From: Sphingobium sp. | GTDB taxonomy: Bacteria > Pseudomonadota > Alphaproteobacteria > Sphingomonadales > Sphingomonadaceae | NCBI GenBank assembly: GCA_035490755.1 | Contig: DATJLC010000085.1 | Span: 1-56,009, forward strand | DNA length: 56,009 nucleotides | Direction of reading: 5' to 3' | Part shown: positions 1 through 8,770 of the stretch, piece by piece | How the letters are laid out: the number at the start of each line of letters is the position of its first letter | Numbering within the stretch: position 1 is the stretch's first letter | Position numbers and translations under genes: made by a program | The notes under the pieces: generated by a model | Databases searched by the model: none | What the model was told of the DNA's origin: nothing | What the model saw: only the letters and a program-made list of their open reading frames with translations

Positions 1-49
1 TGTCGTTTTCAGAAGACGGCTGCACTGAACGTCAGAAGCCGACTGCACT
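1..49 (+). repeat. IRi end of a Tn402/Tn5053-family transposon (25-bp terminal IR plus two transposase-binding repeats)
   Basis: Starts TGTCGTTTTCAGAAGACGGCTGCAC, the IRi of Tn402/class 1 integrons; repeats TCAGAAGACGGCTGCACT (9-26) and TCAGAAGCCGACTGCACT (32-49). Confidence 0.95.
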
Positions 50-86
50 ATAGCAGCGGAGGGGTTGGATCCATCAGGCAACGACG

Positions 87-110
87 GGCTGCTGCCGGCC
101 AATAGCCGAC
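87..110 (+). repeat. 24-bp junction site, copy A (GGCTGCTGCCGGCCAATAGCCGAC)
   Basis: 19/24 identical to the site at 23851-23874. Confidence 0.7.
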
Positions 111-353
111 AATGACGACACTGGAAATCCCCGCCTGTGAGCGTCGGCTCAGGGCGGGACAGCGTCATCCAGCTACCTGCGCCACTGACTCAGCCTTGTC
201 CAGCCGGCCGCGCCGCACGAACAGACTGACCAGCCGTTGACGGATCGCCACCTGGAGTTCCGCCAGTTGTTCCGGCGTGATGCGAATTTCACCCGCTCGA
301 CGAGCGCAACACCGGCGCCGCCTACGCCAAGAACCGGCGAATCGAACTCAAAC

Positions 354-1196
354 TCACGAACCGCTGAGCGCCGCGTCACCGCGCTGCTGCGCCAGCCAGT
401 CGCGCGGGGCGCAGCCCATGCGCACGCGGAAGGCGCGCGCCAGAGCGTTCGGGCTGCCGTAGCCGACGCGGTCGGCCACCACCGCCACCGGCCGCCCCTG
501 CTTGAGCAGGGTGCAACTGACGTTCATCCGCCAGTCGGCCAGATAGTCGCCCGGCGTGACGCCCACCGCGTCCTTGAACGCGGCGGCGAAGCGCGCGCGT
601 GACATGCCCGCCTTCGCCGCCAGCGCCTCGAGCGACCACGCGGTCTGCGGCGCATCGTGCATGGCGGTTATGGCGCGCGCGAGTTTCGGGTCGGCCAGGC
701 CCGCCAGCAGTCCGGTGGCGCCAAGCCGCCCATCCATCAGATAACGCAGCAACTGGATCAGTAGCAACTCGCACAAGCGGTCGATGGCGGCCTGCCGACC
801 GCACTGGTCGCGCTCGGCTTCGGCAAACAGCAACTCTAGCGTCGGCCCGAGGCCGGGCAAGTCCGCCAACGGAATCAGCAGCATCGACGGCAAGGCCATG
901 GCCAACGGATTGCCCGTCGAAGCGCCCAGGTCGACCTCCGCACACAACTGCTCAGCGGTATCGCCGGGGGCGGCGACAAAACGATGCGACGCCACGCGCG
1001 GATAAAACAGCAGGCTCGGCTCGGTAACCAGCAGATCTTCATGCACGGGCGAACGCGCCGTAATCGGGCCGCGCCGCACCAGATGGATATAGCCATGCGG
1101 CGCCGCGTAATGATGCTGCCCACAGAAGGCGCCGCTGTGAAAAACGCGCGCCGAAAGCGAGTAGTGCCGGAGCAAGCCGGCCAGTCGATCCGCCAT
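354..1196 (-). CDS. AraC-family transcriptional regulator with cupin N-terminal domain (RclR-like)
   Basis: C-terminal AraC HTH (WSLEALAAKAGMSRARFAAAF...VGYGSPNALARAF), Cys-containing cupin N-terminus; start at ATG 1196 inferred; divergent from AhpD-like gene. Confidence 0.85.
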   Translation of the reverse strand: MADRLAGLLRHYSLSARVFHSGAFCGQHHYAAPHGYIHLVRRGPITARSPVHEDLLVTEPSLLFYPRVASHRFVAAPGDTAEQLCAEVDLGASTGNPLAMALPSMLLIPLADLPGLGPTLELLFAEAERDQCGRQAAIDRLCELLLIQLLRYLMDGRLGATGLLAGLADPKLARAITAMHDAPQTAWSLEALAAKAGMSRARFAAAFKDAVGVTPGDYLADWRMNVSCTLLKQGRPVAVVADRVGYGSPNALARAFRVRMGCAPRDWLAQQRGDAALSGS

Positions 1197-1313
1197 TCCA
1201 CTCTCCATATAAGACGATAGGTTACGTATTTGATACTTTACGTGCCATATCGTACCAAACAAAGGGCGATCATGCCCACGTGCTCTTGCACCTCACCCAC
1301 TACGGAGATAGAC

Positions 1314-1847
1314 ATGACCCAAATCGCCCCCCTGACCATCGACACCGCTGACGCCGCTACCGCTGCCACACTCAAGGCCGTCAAAGCCAAGCTTGGCATG
1401 GTGCCGAACCTGTTCGCCACGCTGGCCCACGCGCCGGCGGCGCTCAATGGCTACCTCGGCTTGTCCGAAACGCTGGGCACCGGCCGCCTGAATGCCTCCC
1501 AGCGCGAGATCGTTGCGCTCGCTGCCGGTCAAGCCAATCGCTGCCAGTATTGCCTGAGCGCACACACCCTGATCGGCAAAGGTGCCGGACTGTCGGCAGA
1601 GGCCATCGCCGCGGCCCGCACCGGCCAGGCGGCCAACGCACTTGACGATGCAATCGCCGGCTTTGCCCGCGCGCTGGTCGAGCAACGCGGCGTGGTGTCG
1701 GCCGACGCCATGGCCAACTACCGCCGCGCGGGGCTCGACGACGGCCTGATACTGGAAGTGATCGCCAACGTCGCGCTGAACACGCTCACCAACTACACCA
1801 ACCACATCGCCGACCCCACGGTGGATTTCCCCGTGGTCGCCGTCTGA
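1314..1847 (+). CDS. Carboxymuconolactone decarboxylase/AhpD-like peroxidase-related protein
   Basis: REIVALAAGQANRCQYCLSAH (CxxC-x3-H) motif; GGAGA RBS before ATG 1314. Confidence 0.9.
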   Translation: MTQIAPLTIDTADAATAATLKAVKAKLGMVPNLFATLAHAPAALNGYLGLSETLGTGRLNASQREIVALAAGQANRCQYCLSAHTLIGKGAGLSAEAIAAARTGQAANALDDAIAGFARALVEQRGVVSADAMANYRRAGLDDGLILEVIANVALNTLTNYTNHIADPTVDFPVVAV

Positions 1848-1874
1848 TCTCCATAGGCATATAAGGAGAACACG

Positions 1875-2423
1875 ATGAAAATCGCACTCACCGGCGCTCT
1901 GCTCGCCAGCGCCCTCGTCCTGCCACTGGCCGTCACGGCCGGCGACTTTTCGCCCTATGTGGACAGCCAGGGCGGCATCAGCCGCCCCACAGACTTCCGC
2001 ACAAACTTCGTCCACCTGGGCTCATATGCGGTGTTGGACGAAAAATCCGCCTCTCGCGGCTTGCACGATGTGTACACCGAAAAGGCCTCGGCCGAGCACT
2101 ACCGCAAGACCGGCAAGTTCTTGGACGGCGCCACGCTGGTGAAAGAGATCCGCAAGCTCGAAACCAGCGCCATGACCACTGGCAACCCTGTGGTCTGGGG
2201 TTCCGATGCGGCCGTGTGGTTCGTGATGGTCAAGGACGCCAAAGGCCGTTTCGCCAGCAACCCCTTGTGGGGCGACGGCTGGGGCTGGGCGCTGTTCAAG
2301 GCCGACGCCCCCGCCAAGAATGTCGCCGTCAGCTACGAAGCCGACTGCATGGGCTGCCATGTGCCGGCGGCCAAGACCGACCGCGTATTCATCCAGGGCT
2401 ATCCGACACTGACCCAGCACTGA
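1875..2423 (+). CDS. Cytochrome P460 family periplasmic c-type cytochrome
   Basis: Signal peptide, C-terminal CMGCH haem motif, FLDGATLVKE segment containing the P460-type lysine, WGDGWGWALF. Confidence 0.85.
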   Translation: MKIALTGALLASALVLPLAVTAGDFSPYVDSQGGISRPTDFRTNFVHLGSYAVLDEKSASRGLHDVYTEKASAEHYRKTGKFLDGATLVKEIRKLETSAMTTGNPVVWGSDAAVWFVMVKDAKGRFASNPLWGDGWGWALFKADAPAKNVAVSYEADCMGCHVPAAKTDRVFIQGYPTLTQH

Positions 2424-2496
2424 CTTGCTGCCGGGTTACGCTTCGCGCAGGATGGCACCTCCGTCCTGCGCGAGCCACCCTTTCCGGAAGCGCGCC

Positions 2497-3028
2497 ATGC
2501 CGACACTCGACGCCTTTCTGACCGACGTCCGCGCCTGCACGCGCTGCGCACCGCATCTGCCACACGGCGTGCAGCCGGTCTTCCAGTTTCACCCGAGTGC
2601 GCCCATCCTCATCGCCGGCCAAGCACCGGGGGCCCGGGTCCATGCCTCAGGCGTGCCCTTCGACGACGCCAGCGGCGCGCGTCTGCGCGCCTGGCTGGGC
2701 GTGGACCGCGACACCTTCTACGACCCTACCCGCATCGCCATTCTGCCCATGGGCTTCTGTTATCCGGGCACCGGCAAAAGCGGTGACCTGCCGCTACGCC
2801 CGGAGTGCGCCCCCCGCCTGGCGCGAAGCCTTCATGCAGCGTTTCGAGCGCCTGTCGCTGGTCATCGTGCTGGGCAGCTACGCCATGGACTACCACCTCG
2901 GTACTGGCAAGACGCCGCTCACCCGGGTGGTCGAAGCCTGGCGCGAGCACTGGCCGCAAGCGTTCCCCCTGCCTCACCCTAGCCCGCGCAACAATCGCTG
3001 GCTGGTGCGCAACCCCTGGTTCCAACAA
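2497..3028 (+). pseudogene. Uracil-DNA glycosylase family protein, 5' part (frameshift in C-run at ~2810-2815, interrupted by Tn3 insertion)
   Basis: CxxC start, GQAPG motif, MGFCYPG, LPHPSPRN in a second frame; reading frame resumes after the transposon at 18768. Confidence 0.85.
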
Positions 3029-3066
3029 GGGGGCGTCACATTAAACGGGCACAGATATACGGTAAG
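3029..3066 (+). repeat. Left 38-bp inverted repeat of Tn3-family transposon
   Basis: GGGG...TAAG Tn3-type IR, inverse of 18725-18762. Confidence 0.95.
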
Positions 3067-3075
3067 GGTGTCAGG

Positions 3076-3102
3076 TGTCGAAAAACACCTGTTTTTCGTA
3101 CA
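3076..3102. other. res-like (resolvase binding) site near left IR
   Basis: TGTCGAAAAACACCTGTTTTTCGTACA imperfect palindrome resembling 15027-15052. Confidence 0.5.
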
Positions 3103-3162
3103 CTACGGCCAATGCGTGGCCTACGATTTTGCGGTCGTTCTACAACACGCTGAACACCGGTA

Positions 3163-3258
3163 TGGACCGCCCCGGGATTGCCCGAGGCCGCAACTCCTGA
3201 GAGTGAGGGTCTACGATGAGCAAGACGACGAACAAGTTTGCCCCTGATGCGCGAAGTT
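3163..3258 (+). mobile_element. IS3-family left-end remnant
   Basis: TGGACCGCCCCGGGATT end resembles IS3-family IRL; ATG 3216 gives MSKTTNKFAP, a typical orfA start, then degenerates. Confidence 0.65.
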
Positions 3259-3439
3259 CTACCACAAGCGCCGTCAGGTAAGCCAAGAGGAGGCGGAAGG
3301 TGGCCGGGTGATGGTGATGCTGAGCCGCATGGCAAATAGCAAAAATCCCGCCAGAGTTTGACGATCTGGCCATTGAGCGAAGCGAACCGTCAGCACGTGG
3401 GGATCTAGAACTGGATGCTGAACGTATCAAAAGGCTCGG

Positions 3440-3625
3440 TACTCTCGACGATGGGCTGTCGAACGTATCTTCGCATGGCTTGGCCTATGCCGCCGCATCG
3501 CGAAGGACCGGGAAACCACTATTGCACCATCAAACGCATCGGCGACCATCGCATCCATCCGCATGCTCACCCGCAGAGCTGCGAGGTATTGCTACACCTT
3601 AGGACCTTCCGAATCAGGCATTTAT
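3440..3625 (+). mobile_element. IS5-family transposase 3' remnant
   Basis: Translates RRWAVERIFAWLGLCRRIAKDRETTIA...IASIRMLTRR, the IS5-family C-terminal motif. Confidence 0.7.
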
Positions 3626-3647
3626 GTTGTGCAGCCGGCCGACCGGC

Positions 3648-4598
3648 TCAATCCTCGTTAAACGCATCAATGATCCCACTAGCCGCCAGTCGCTCAACCT
3701 CGCGACCGATGGCCGCTACAAGTAATTTGCCTGCGTCGCTCAAACCTTCGCGGTAAATGATGCCCGCGCGGCGCGGCGGGGCCGGAAGCGGTATCGGGAT
3801 GAGGCGAAGCAGCCCTCTTTCCAGGTCGCCCGCAACAAGGACCTTCGGCATCGCCGAGATGAAATTTCCCGTTAGCAACAACTCGCGCATGAACCCGACC
3901 GATGTCGACCGAATGGACACATCTAGGTCTACCTGCATGGCGGAGAGCGCGGTACGCACGTCGTGTTCGACGCGAGTACTCACGGCCGGAGAGACGACGT
4001 GAAAGCGCCGCACGTCCTCTGCAGTCACGCCATCGAGTTCGAACAGGGGATGGTCGCTGCGGGCTATGAGACCGACGGGCTCGCTATAGAGTGCGCGCCG
4101 GATCAGGCCATCGGGTGCATCCGGCTCGTAGAGGCGGCCCACCACGACGTCGATCTCGCCCGAATGCAGGGCGGGCAGCAATTGCGTCGTCAGACCTTCG
4201 ATGACCTCGACCCCGAGGTGGGAGCCTCGGTCGGTCGCGTCTGAAATCACCGTCGGCAAAAGTCCGTGCGCCGCGACAGGCAGCGCGCCGACGCGGATCG
4301 TTCGCTTGTGTTCCTCGAACAGCTCTCCGAGGTCGGCCTCGATCTGGCGCATGCCGCCCAGGAGACGCTGGGCGCCTCTTGCCAGCAGGCGTCCGACAGC
4401 GTTCGGTTGCACGCCCCGGGGATGCCGCTCAAACAGTTCGCAGCCGACGATATCTTCGACTTCCTGCAAGGTTCGGCTGAGACCGGGCTGACTGACGCCG
4501 AGCGCCTTTGAGGCCCGCAGAAGGCTCTTGTGCTGGTCAAGAGCCTCAATCACGCGCAAATGCCGGATCTTCAATCGTTGTTCGAGGTAGCGCGCCAT
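3648..4598 (-). CDS. LysR-family regulator (GalR/PcaQ-like)
   Basis: N-terminal HTH LKIRHLRVI...SQPGLSRTLQEVE; last gene of dioxygenase operon. Confidence 0.9.
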   Translation of the reverse strand: MARYLEQRLKIRHLRVIEALDQHKSLLRASKALGVSQPGLSRTLQEVEDIVGCELFERHPRGVQPNAVGRLLARGAQRLLGGMRQIEADLGELFEEHKRTIRVGALPVAAHGLLPTVISDATDRGSHLGVEVIEGLTTQLLPALHSGEIDVVVGRLYEPDAPDGLIRRALYSEPVGLIARSDHPLFELDGVTAEDVRRFHVVSPAVSTRVEHDVRTALSAMQVDLDVSIRSTSVGFMRELLLTGNFISAMPKVLVAGDLERGLLRLIPIPLPAPPRRAGIIYREGLSDAGKLLVAAIGREVERLAASGIIDAFNED

Positions 4599-4656
4599 GC
4601 CGCCATCCTAGCGTGCGCTGCCCTACCTTGAAAAGGGCATCGCGGGCCGCGTCAGT

Positions 4657-5025
4657 TCAGGTGGCGTGCGGCACTGCTCGGGTCTGCATGAACTCTTCGA
4701 GCGTCTCGCCGCGCATGATGGCATAGACTTCGAGGTTCGTCCGCCGCACTACGCGTGCCCATTTCTCGAGAACGAAGAAGTTGACGCCATACTGGACGAT
4801 GCCCAGCCAGTCACGCGCGCGCACGAGTGCCTTCTCCTCGTCCGAAAGGGAGGCTACCGTCATCGCAGCCTCCTCGTCGTCGAGGAAGGCTTGGCGATAC
4901 TTCGGACGGATCATGTTCCAGAAGAAACGGTTAAACGCCAGTGTACGGTTGCAGGTACGCAGATCGAAGACGTACGTGCCGGTGAGTTCTTCGATACCGA
5001 CGGTCTGCGGGTTCTGGGTGAACAT
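4657..5025 (-). CDS. LigA-like small subunit of class III extradiol dioxygenase (matches C-terminal domain of gallate dioxygenases)
   Basis: GIEELTGTYVFD...LSDEEKALVRARDWLGIVQYGVNFFVLEK motif. Confidence 0.85.
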   Translation of the reverse strand: MFTQNPQTVGIEELTGTYVFDLRTCNRTLAFNRFFWNMIRPKYRQAFLDDEEAAMTVASLSDEEKALVRARDWLGIVQYGVNFFVLEKWARVVRRTNLEVYAIMRGETLEEFMQTRAVPHAT

Positions 5026-5028
5026 CGG

Positions 5029-5910
5029 TCAGGCCTCCACGCTGGTGCTTGCTGCGGAAGGCTGCGCGCGCTCACCTGCCTCCTCATAGACCACGACGGT
5101 CATCGCCGTGGTGGTCATCAGATAGTAGTTACGGTGGATTTCGGTCAGACGATCGGGCAGGGCGCCGCGCATTGCCAGCCACATGATCTGCTCAACGCTT
5201 TCGGCGCCGCCGAGGCGCACGTAATCCGCGTGGCGCAAGTGGAGCAGCTTTTCCGGCGTGTCGCAAAGCTGCTCGAGAAATTCCATATCCCAATCAGTGT
5301 CGTTGTAGCCGGCTCGCTCCCCATGAATCTGGTGCGAAAGCCCGCCGGTGCCGACCACCACGACCGAAAGGTCCTCTGGATAGCTTTCAATGGCGCGGCG
5401 CACTGCCTGGCCCAGGCGATAGCAGCGCCGGCCGGTGGGCAGCGGGTACTGCAGGACATTGACCGCGATGGGGACGACGACCCCCGGCCAGTCCGGCTCG
5501 TGGGGCCACATGAGCGGAAGCGGTGATGCAATTCCATGATCGATGGGCTTGTTCTGGAAGAACGCAAGGTCGAATTCGTCGTTGACCAGCGATTCTCCGA
5601 TATGCGCCTGGAAGTCTACGTTCCCGCGAATTTGCGGCAGATCGCGCAGACCCGCGCCCTCATCGGCTATGGGGAAGCGGTCCCCGATGCCCAACGCGAA
5701 GGTGGGGTAAAGGTCGAAGAACATCGTGCTGGCATGATCATTGTAGAAGAATAGCAACACGTCCGGCTTCTTCTCTGCAAGCCATTCGGCGACCGGTTTG
5801 TAGCCGTCGAACAAAGGTGCCCAGACGGGATCCGCCTGGCGTCCCTTGTCGTAGGCGACGCCGATCGTCGGGACGTGAGAGGTTCCGATGCCACCGATTA
5901 TCCGTGCCAT
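5029..5910 (-). CDS. LigB-like class III extradiol ring-cleavage dioxygenase (gallate/protocatechuate 4,5-dioxygenase type)
   Basis: MARIIGGIGTSHVP, YNDH, DHG, GTGGLSHQIHGERAG, E-x-x-MWLAMRGAL motifs. Confidence 0.92.
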   Translation of the reverse strand: MARIIGGIGTSHVPTIGVAYDKGRQADPVWAPLFDGYKPVAEWLAEKKPDVLLFFYNDHASTMFFDLYPTFALGIGDRFPIADEGAGLRDLPQIRGNVDFQAHIGESLVNDEFDLAFFQNKPIDHGIASPLPLMWPHEPDWPGVVVPIAVNVLQYPLPTGRRCYRLGQAVRRAIESYPEDLSVVVVGTGGLSHQIHGERAGYNDTDWDMEFLEQLCDTPEKLLHLRHADYVRLGGAESVEQIMWLAMRGALPDRLTEIHRNYYLMTTTAMTVVVYEEAGERAQPSAASTSVEA

Positions 5911-5976
5911 TTCGTTCAATCCTGTTGGGGCGGCTGCGCTTGGCAGCGGCCATGTCATGCTGTCCGGCCGCTTTAC

Positions 5977-6378
5977 TCAGCCGAATGCGAGGGAGCCGGC
6001 GCGGCTCTGAAACTTCCATGCGCCGTCATCGTCGCGGCGGAAGGTGTCATCGAAGTCACCGAGGAGCACTTGCGCGCCTTTTTCGCCGGAATAGAGGACG
6101 ACGTAGCTTCTGGCGCACGCAGCGTTTTCGTCCAAGACCTCGACCACTATGTTCGTCATGACGTGGCGCGTGATCCGTTTGGGACGGTCGCGAAAGAACG
6201 CGCGGATATCCTCCCGGCCCGTGACGGGATTGGTCGGGTCTGTCGGCCGGGCAAAGCTGCCCTCGCTCACGAACATTTCGGCGAGGGCATCGTGGTCGTG
6301 GGCGTCGTTAAGCTGCGCAAAGCGCTTGATCAGGCGCTCGCAGGCATGTTCGATGCCGAAACGGGCGGCATCATTCAT
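5977..6378 (-). CDS. SnoaL/NTF2-like protein
   Basis: GREDIRAFF...TRHVMTNIVVEV...DTFRRDDDGAWKFQSR pattern. Confidence 0.8.
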   Translation of the reverse strand: MNDAARFGIEHACERLIKRFAQLNDAHDHDALAEMFVSEGSFARPTDPTNPVTGREDIRAFFRDRPKRITRHVMTNIVVEVLDENAACARSYVVLYSGEKGAQVLLGDFDDTFRRDDDGAWKFQSRAGSLAFG

Positions 6379-7096
6379 GCGCGTGCTCCTTCGATAGGGG
6401 GGTCAGCATCCACTCCGAGAGCGCTTGCGAAACTGCTTCAGGCGCTTCGAGCGGGGCCATGTGGCCGCTGCCAGCGAAGACGACATAAGTCGCCTGCGGC
6501 ACGACATCAACGATGTCGAGGTGCTGGGCCGGCGGGCTCCATGCGTCCAGTTCCCCCACGCCGACGAGTACCGGACAGCGCAGCAGCGGCAAGACCTGCC
6601 GCGCGTCCGGGCGCGTGAGCAGGGCCGTAATCTGAGCCTGATGAATCGCGGGGTTCATTCGCTCGACCATAGCATAGAGATCCGAGCGCAGCGAAGGGTC
6701 GGCGTCAAGAGCTCCGGGCGCGACCATCGGAGGCAGCCAGGCGTCCGCCGCTGCTCTCATTCCTTCACGCTGCCCAAGCTCAACCAAGTGCGCTCGCTTC
6801 TCCGGTTCGCCCGCGCGCATCGGATGGATGCCGGTGTCCAATAAGGCCAGACGCTCTACGCGTTCGGGAGCCATCCGCGCCATCTCCATGGCGACACGCG
6901 CGCCCATCGAGTGACCGGCGACGGAAAGCTGCGCCGATGTTTTGTTTAGCACCGAGGCAGCCATGGCCTCAATCGATGCGAAACGGGTGAGGTCAGGTAT
7001 GAGGATATCGTATCGTTCGCCCAGAGCTGCCACCTGATGCTTCCAGATAATGGCATCACAAAGCAGTCCGGGTATTAGAACGAGCGTCTCGGCCAA
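6371..7096 (-). CDS. Alpha/beta fold hydrolase
   Basis: LIPGLLCD, GHSMG nucleophile elbow, GELD, SGHM; TTG start at 7096 inferred from GAGAGGA RBS. Confidence 0.85.
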   Translation of the reverse strand: MAETLVLIPGLLCDAIIWKHQVAALGERYDILIPDLTRFASIEAMAASVLNKTSAQLSVAGHSMGARVAMEMARMAPERVERLALLDTGIHPMRAGEPEKRAHLVELGQREGMRAAADAWLPPMVAPGALDADPSLRSDLYAMVERMNPAIHQAQITALLTRPDARQVLPLLRCPVLVGVGELDAWSPPAQHLDIVDVVPQATYVVFAGSGHMAPLEAPEAVSQALSEWMLTPLSKEHAHE

Positions 7097-7200
7097 AGCA
7101 GCATCCTCTCGCGGTGAGTTTGTTTCGCCACGCCTAACTCGCTGCGGATGGAATGTCTTATACCTCTCTGCTCGTTTGATATGCCAAAAATGCAATCCGA

Positions 7201-7221
7201 GATATTTGGCTGGGTTATATC
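7201..7221. promoter_or_regulatory. Putative LysR-type operator in divergent promoter region
   Basis: GATAT-N11-ATATC dyad containing T-N11-A between divergent operons. Confidence 0.4.
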
Positions 7222-7269
7222 GAACGCGCGCAAAAGCATACGCCCCGCATCTCTCTCCCTGATAGATCC

Positions 7270-8718
7270 ATGACGATGCAGACTGCGAAGAACAGTCTCA
7301 GCGCTGGCATGAGAGGTGAAATGAACAAGGCACAATCCCCCGGCCCCGACGTGCGGAAAAGCGACATCGAAATCCGCGCGCGCGCTCGGGATGGCTTCTT
7401 GTCGACCTCTTCTCCCGATCCTCGCGCGTTGATCGCGCGTGAGCCTATGCACTCCCGTCAGATCCTCGCTGTGGCGCTTGCCGCGGCGCTCAATGCGCTT
7501 GACGGGTTCGATGTGCTGTCGATCAGCTTCGCGGCACCCGGAATCGCGAGAGAGTGGGGTATAGATCGCGCCGCCTTGGGCGCGGTGCTATCGATGGAGC
7601 TCATCGGCATGGGCGTCGGGGCTTTCGTGCTGGGTGCGATGGCCGATCGCATCGGGCGACGTCCCACTATCCTTAACTGCCTCGTGATTATGGCTTTCGG
7701 CATGTTCGCTGCCTCGATGGCGCCGAATGTGACGACCCTGTCGATCTTCCGGCTTTTCACGGGGCTTGGCATCGGCGGGATGCTTGCGGCCACGAATGCC
7801 ATCGTGGCCGAATGCTCCAACGCCCGGCGACGCAATCTTTCGGTCGCGGTTATGGCGGGCGGCTATCCCGTCGGGGCTATCGTAGGCGGGCTGATTGCCA
7901 GCGAACTGCTCGAACTCACCGAACGCTGGGAGTCGGTTTTCGAATTCGGTGCGGTTGCGACCGCCTGCTTTATTCCGCTGGTGCTATGGCTGGTGCCAGA
8001 AACCATCGCGTTTCTGCTCCACAAGCGTCCGAAGGGCGCTCTGGAGAAGATCAATCGTACGATGACCCGCCAAGGGCGTGCCCCGCTTCTTGAACTGCCC
8101 CCGCAAGATGAAGCGCCTGAGCGCGTTGGCGTCGCAGCCTTCTTCAGCCCCGGCATTGCAGCCGTAACAGTGCTGCTGGTCGTCGCTTACGCTATGCACA
8201 TGATGACCTTCTACTTTCTCATGAAGTGGATCCCCAAAATCGTGGCGGACCTGGGTTTCCCGGCGGCATCGGCTGGCGGGGTGCTGGTATGGGCCAACGT
8301 GGGCGGCGCTAGCGGTTCGCTCGTGCTCAGCCTGTTGACGCAGAAAGTCGGGGTGCGCCTGCTGGTCATAGGCTCGATGTTCCTGGGCGCGGTGGCCATC
8401 GCTGCATTCGGCCAGGGCTTCACCACGCTCGCTTCGCTCTCTTTGCTCGCGGCGATCGGCGGTTTCTTCACCAATGGGGCGACTGCGGGCCTCTATGCAG
8501 TGATCGCGCAGTCGTTTCCCGCCGCGCTTCGGGCGGGTGGCACGGGCCTCGTCATCGGCATAGGCCGGGCGGGGGCTGCGATGGGCCCGATCGTTGCCGG
8601 TCTGTTGTTTGCCAGCGGCGCCTCCCTGTCGCTTGTCGCCGTCCTTATGGCGGGCGGGACACTGATAGGCGGAATTGCCCTTTCGTTTGTGCGCTACCGG
8701 GAGAGCGAGGTCGCCTGA
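7270..8718 (+). CDS. MFS aromatic acid:H+ symporter (PcaK/BenK-like); true start may be downstream
   Basis: LDGFDVLSISFAAPGI and MADRIGRRP motifs, about 12 hydrophobic helices. Confidence 0.9.
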   Translation: MTMQTAKNSLSAGMRGEMNKAQSPGPDVRKSDIEIRARARDGFLSTSSPDPRALIAREPMHSRQILAVALAAALNALDGFDVLSISFAAPGIAREWGIDRAALGAVLSMELIGMGVGAFVLGAMADRIGRRPTILNCLVIMAFGMFAASMAPNVTTLSIFRLFTGLGIGGMLAATNAIVAECSNARRRNLSVAVMAGGYPVGAIVGGLIASELLELTERWESVFEFGAVATACFIPLVLWLVPETIAFLLHKRPKGALEKINRTMTRQGRAPLLELPPQDEAPERVGVAAFFSPGIAAVTVLLVVAYAMHMMTFYFLMKWIPKIVADLGFPAASAGGVLVWANVGGASGSLVLSLLTQKVGVRLLVIGSMFLGAVAIAAFGQGFTTLASLSLLAAIGGFFTNGATAGLYAVIAQSFPAALRAGGTGLVIGIGRAGAAMGPIVAGLLFASGASLSLVAVLMAGGTLIGGIALSFVRYRESEVA

Positions 8719-8770
8719 CCAGCTCTGTCGGCGTGAAAATCCGGGTCTCACCGAAAACCCAACAAGATGG

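Noticed and set aside
1..350. Class 1 integron (intI1/attI/attC)
   Set aside because: Only the first ~101 bp match IRi; no integrase ORF, attI or attC-type cassette is visible
2597..3247. 216-aa ORF crossing the transposon end
   Set aside because: Chimeric frame: frameshifted UDG part reading into the Tn3 IR
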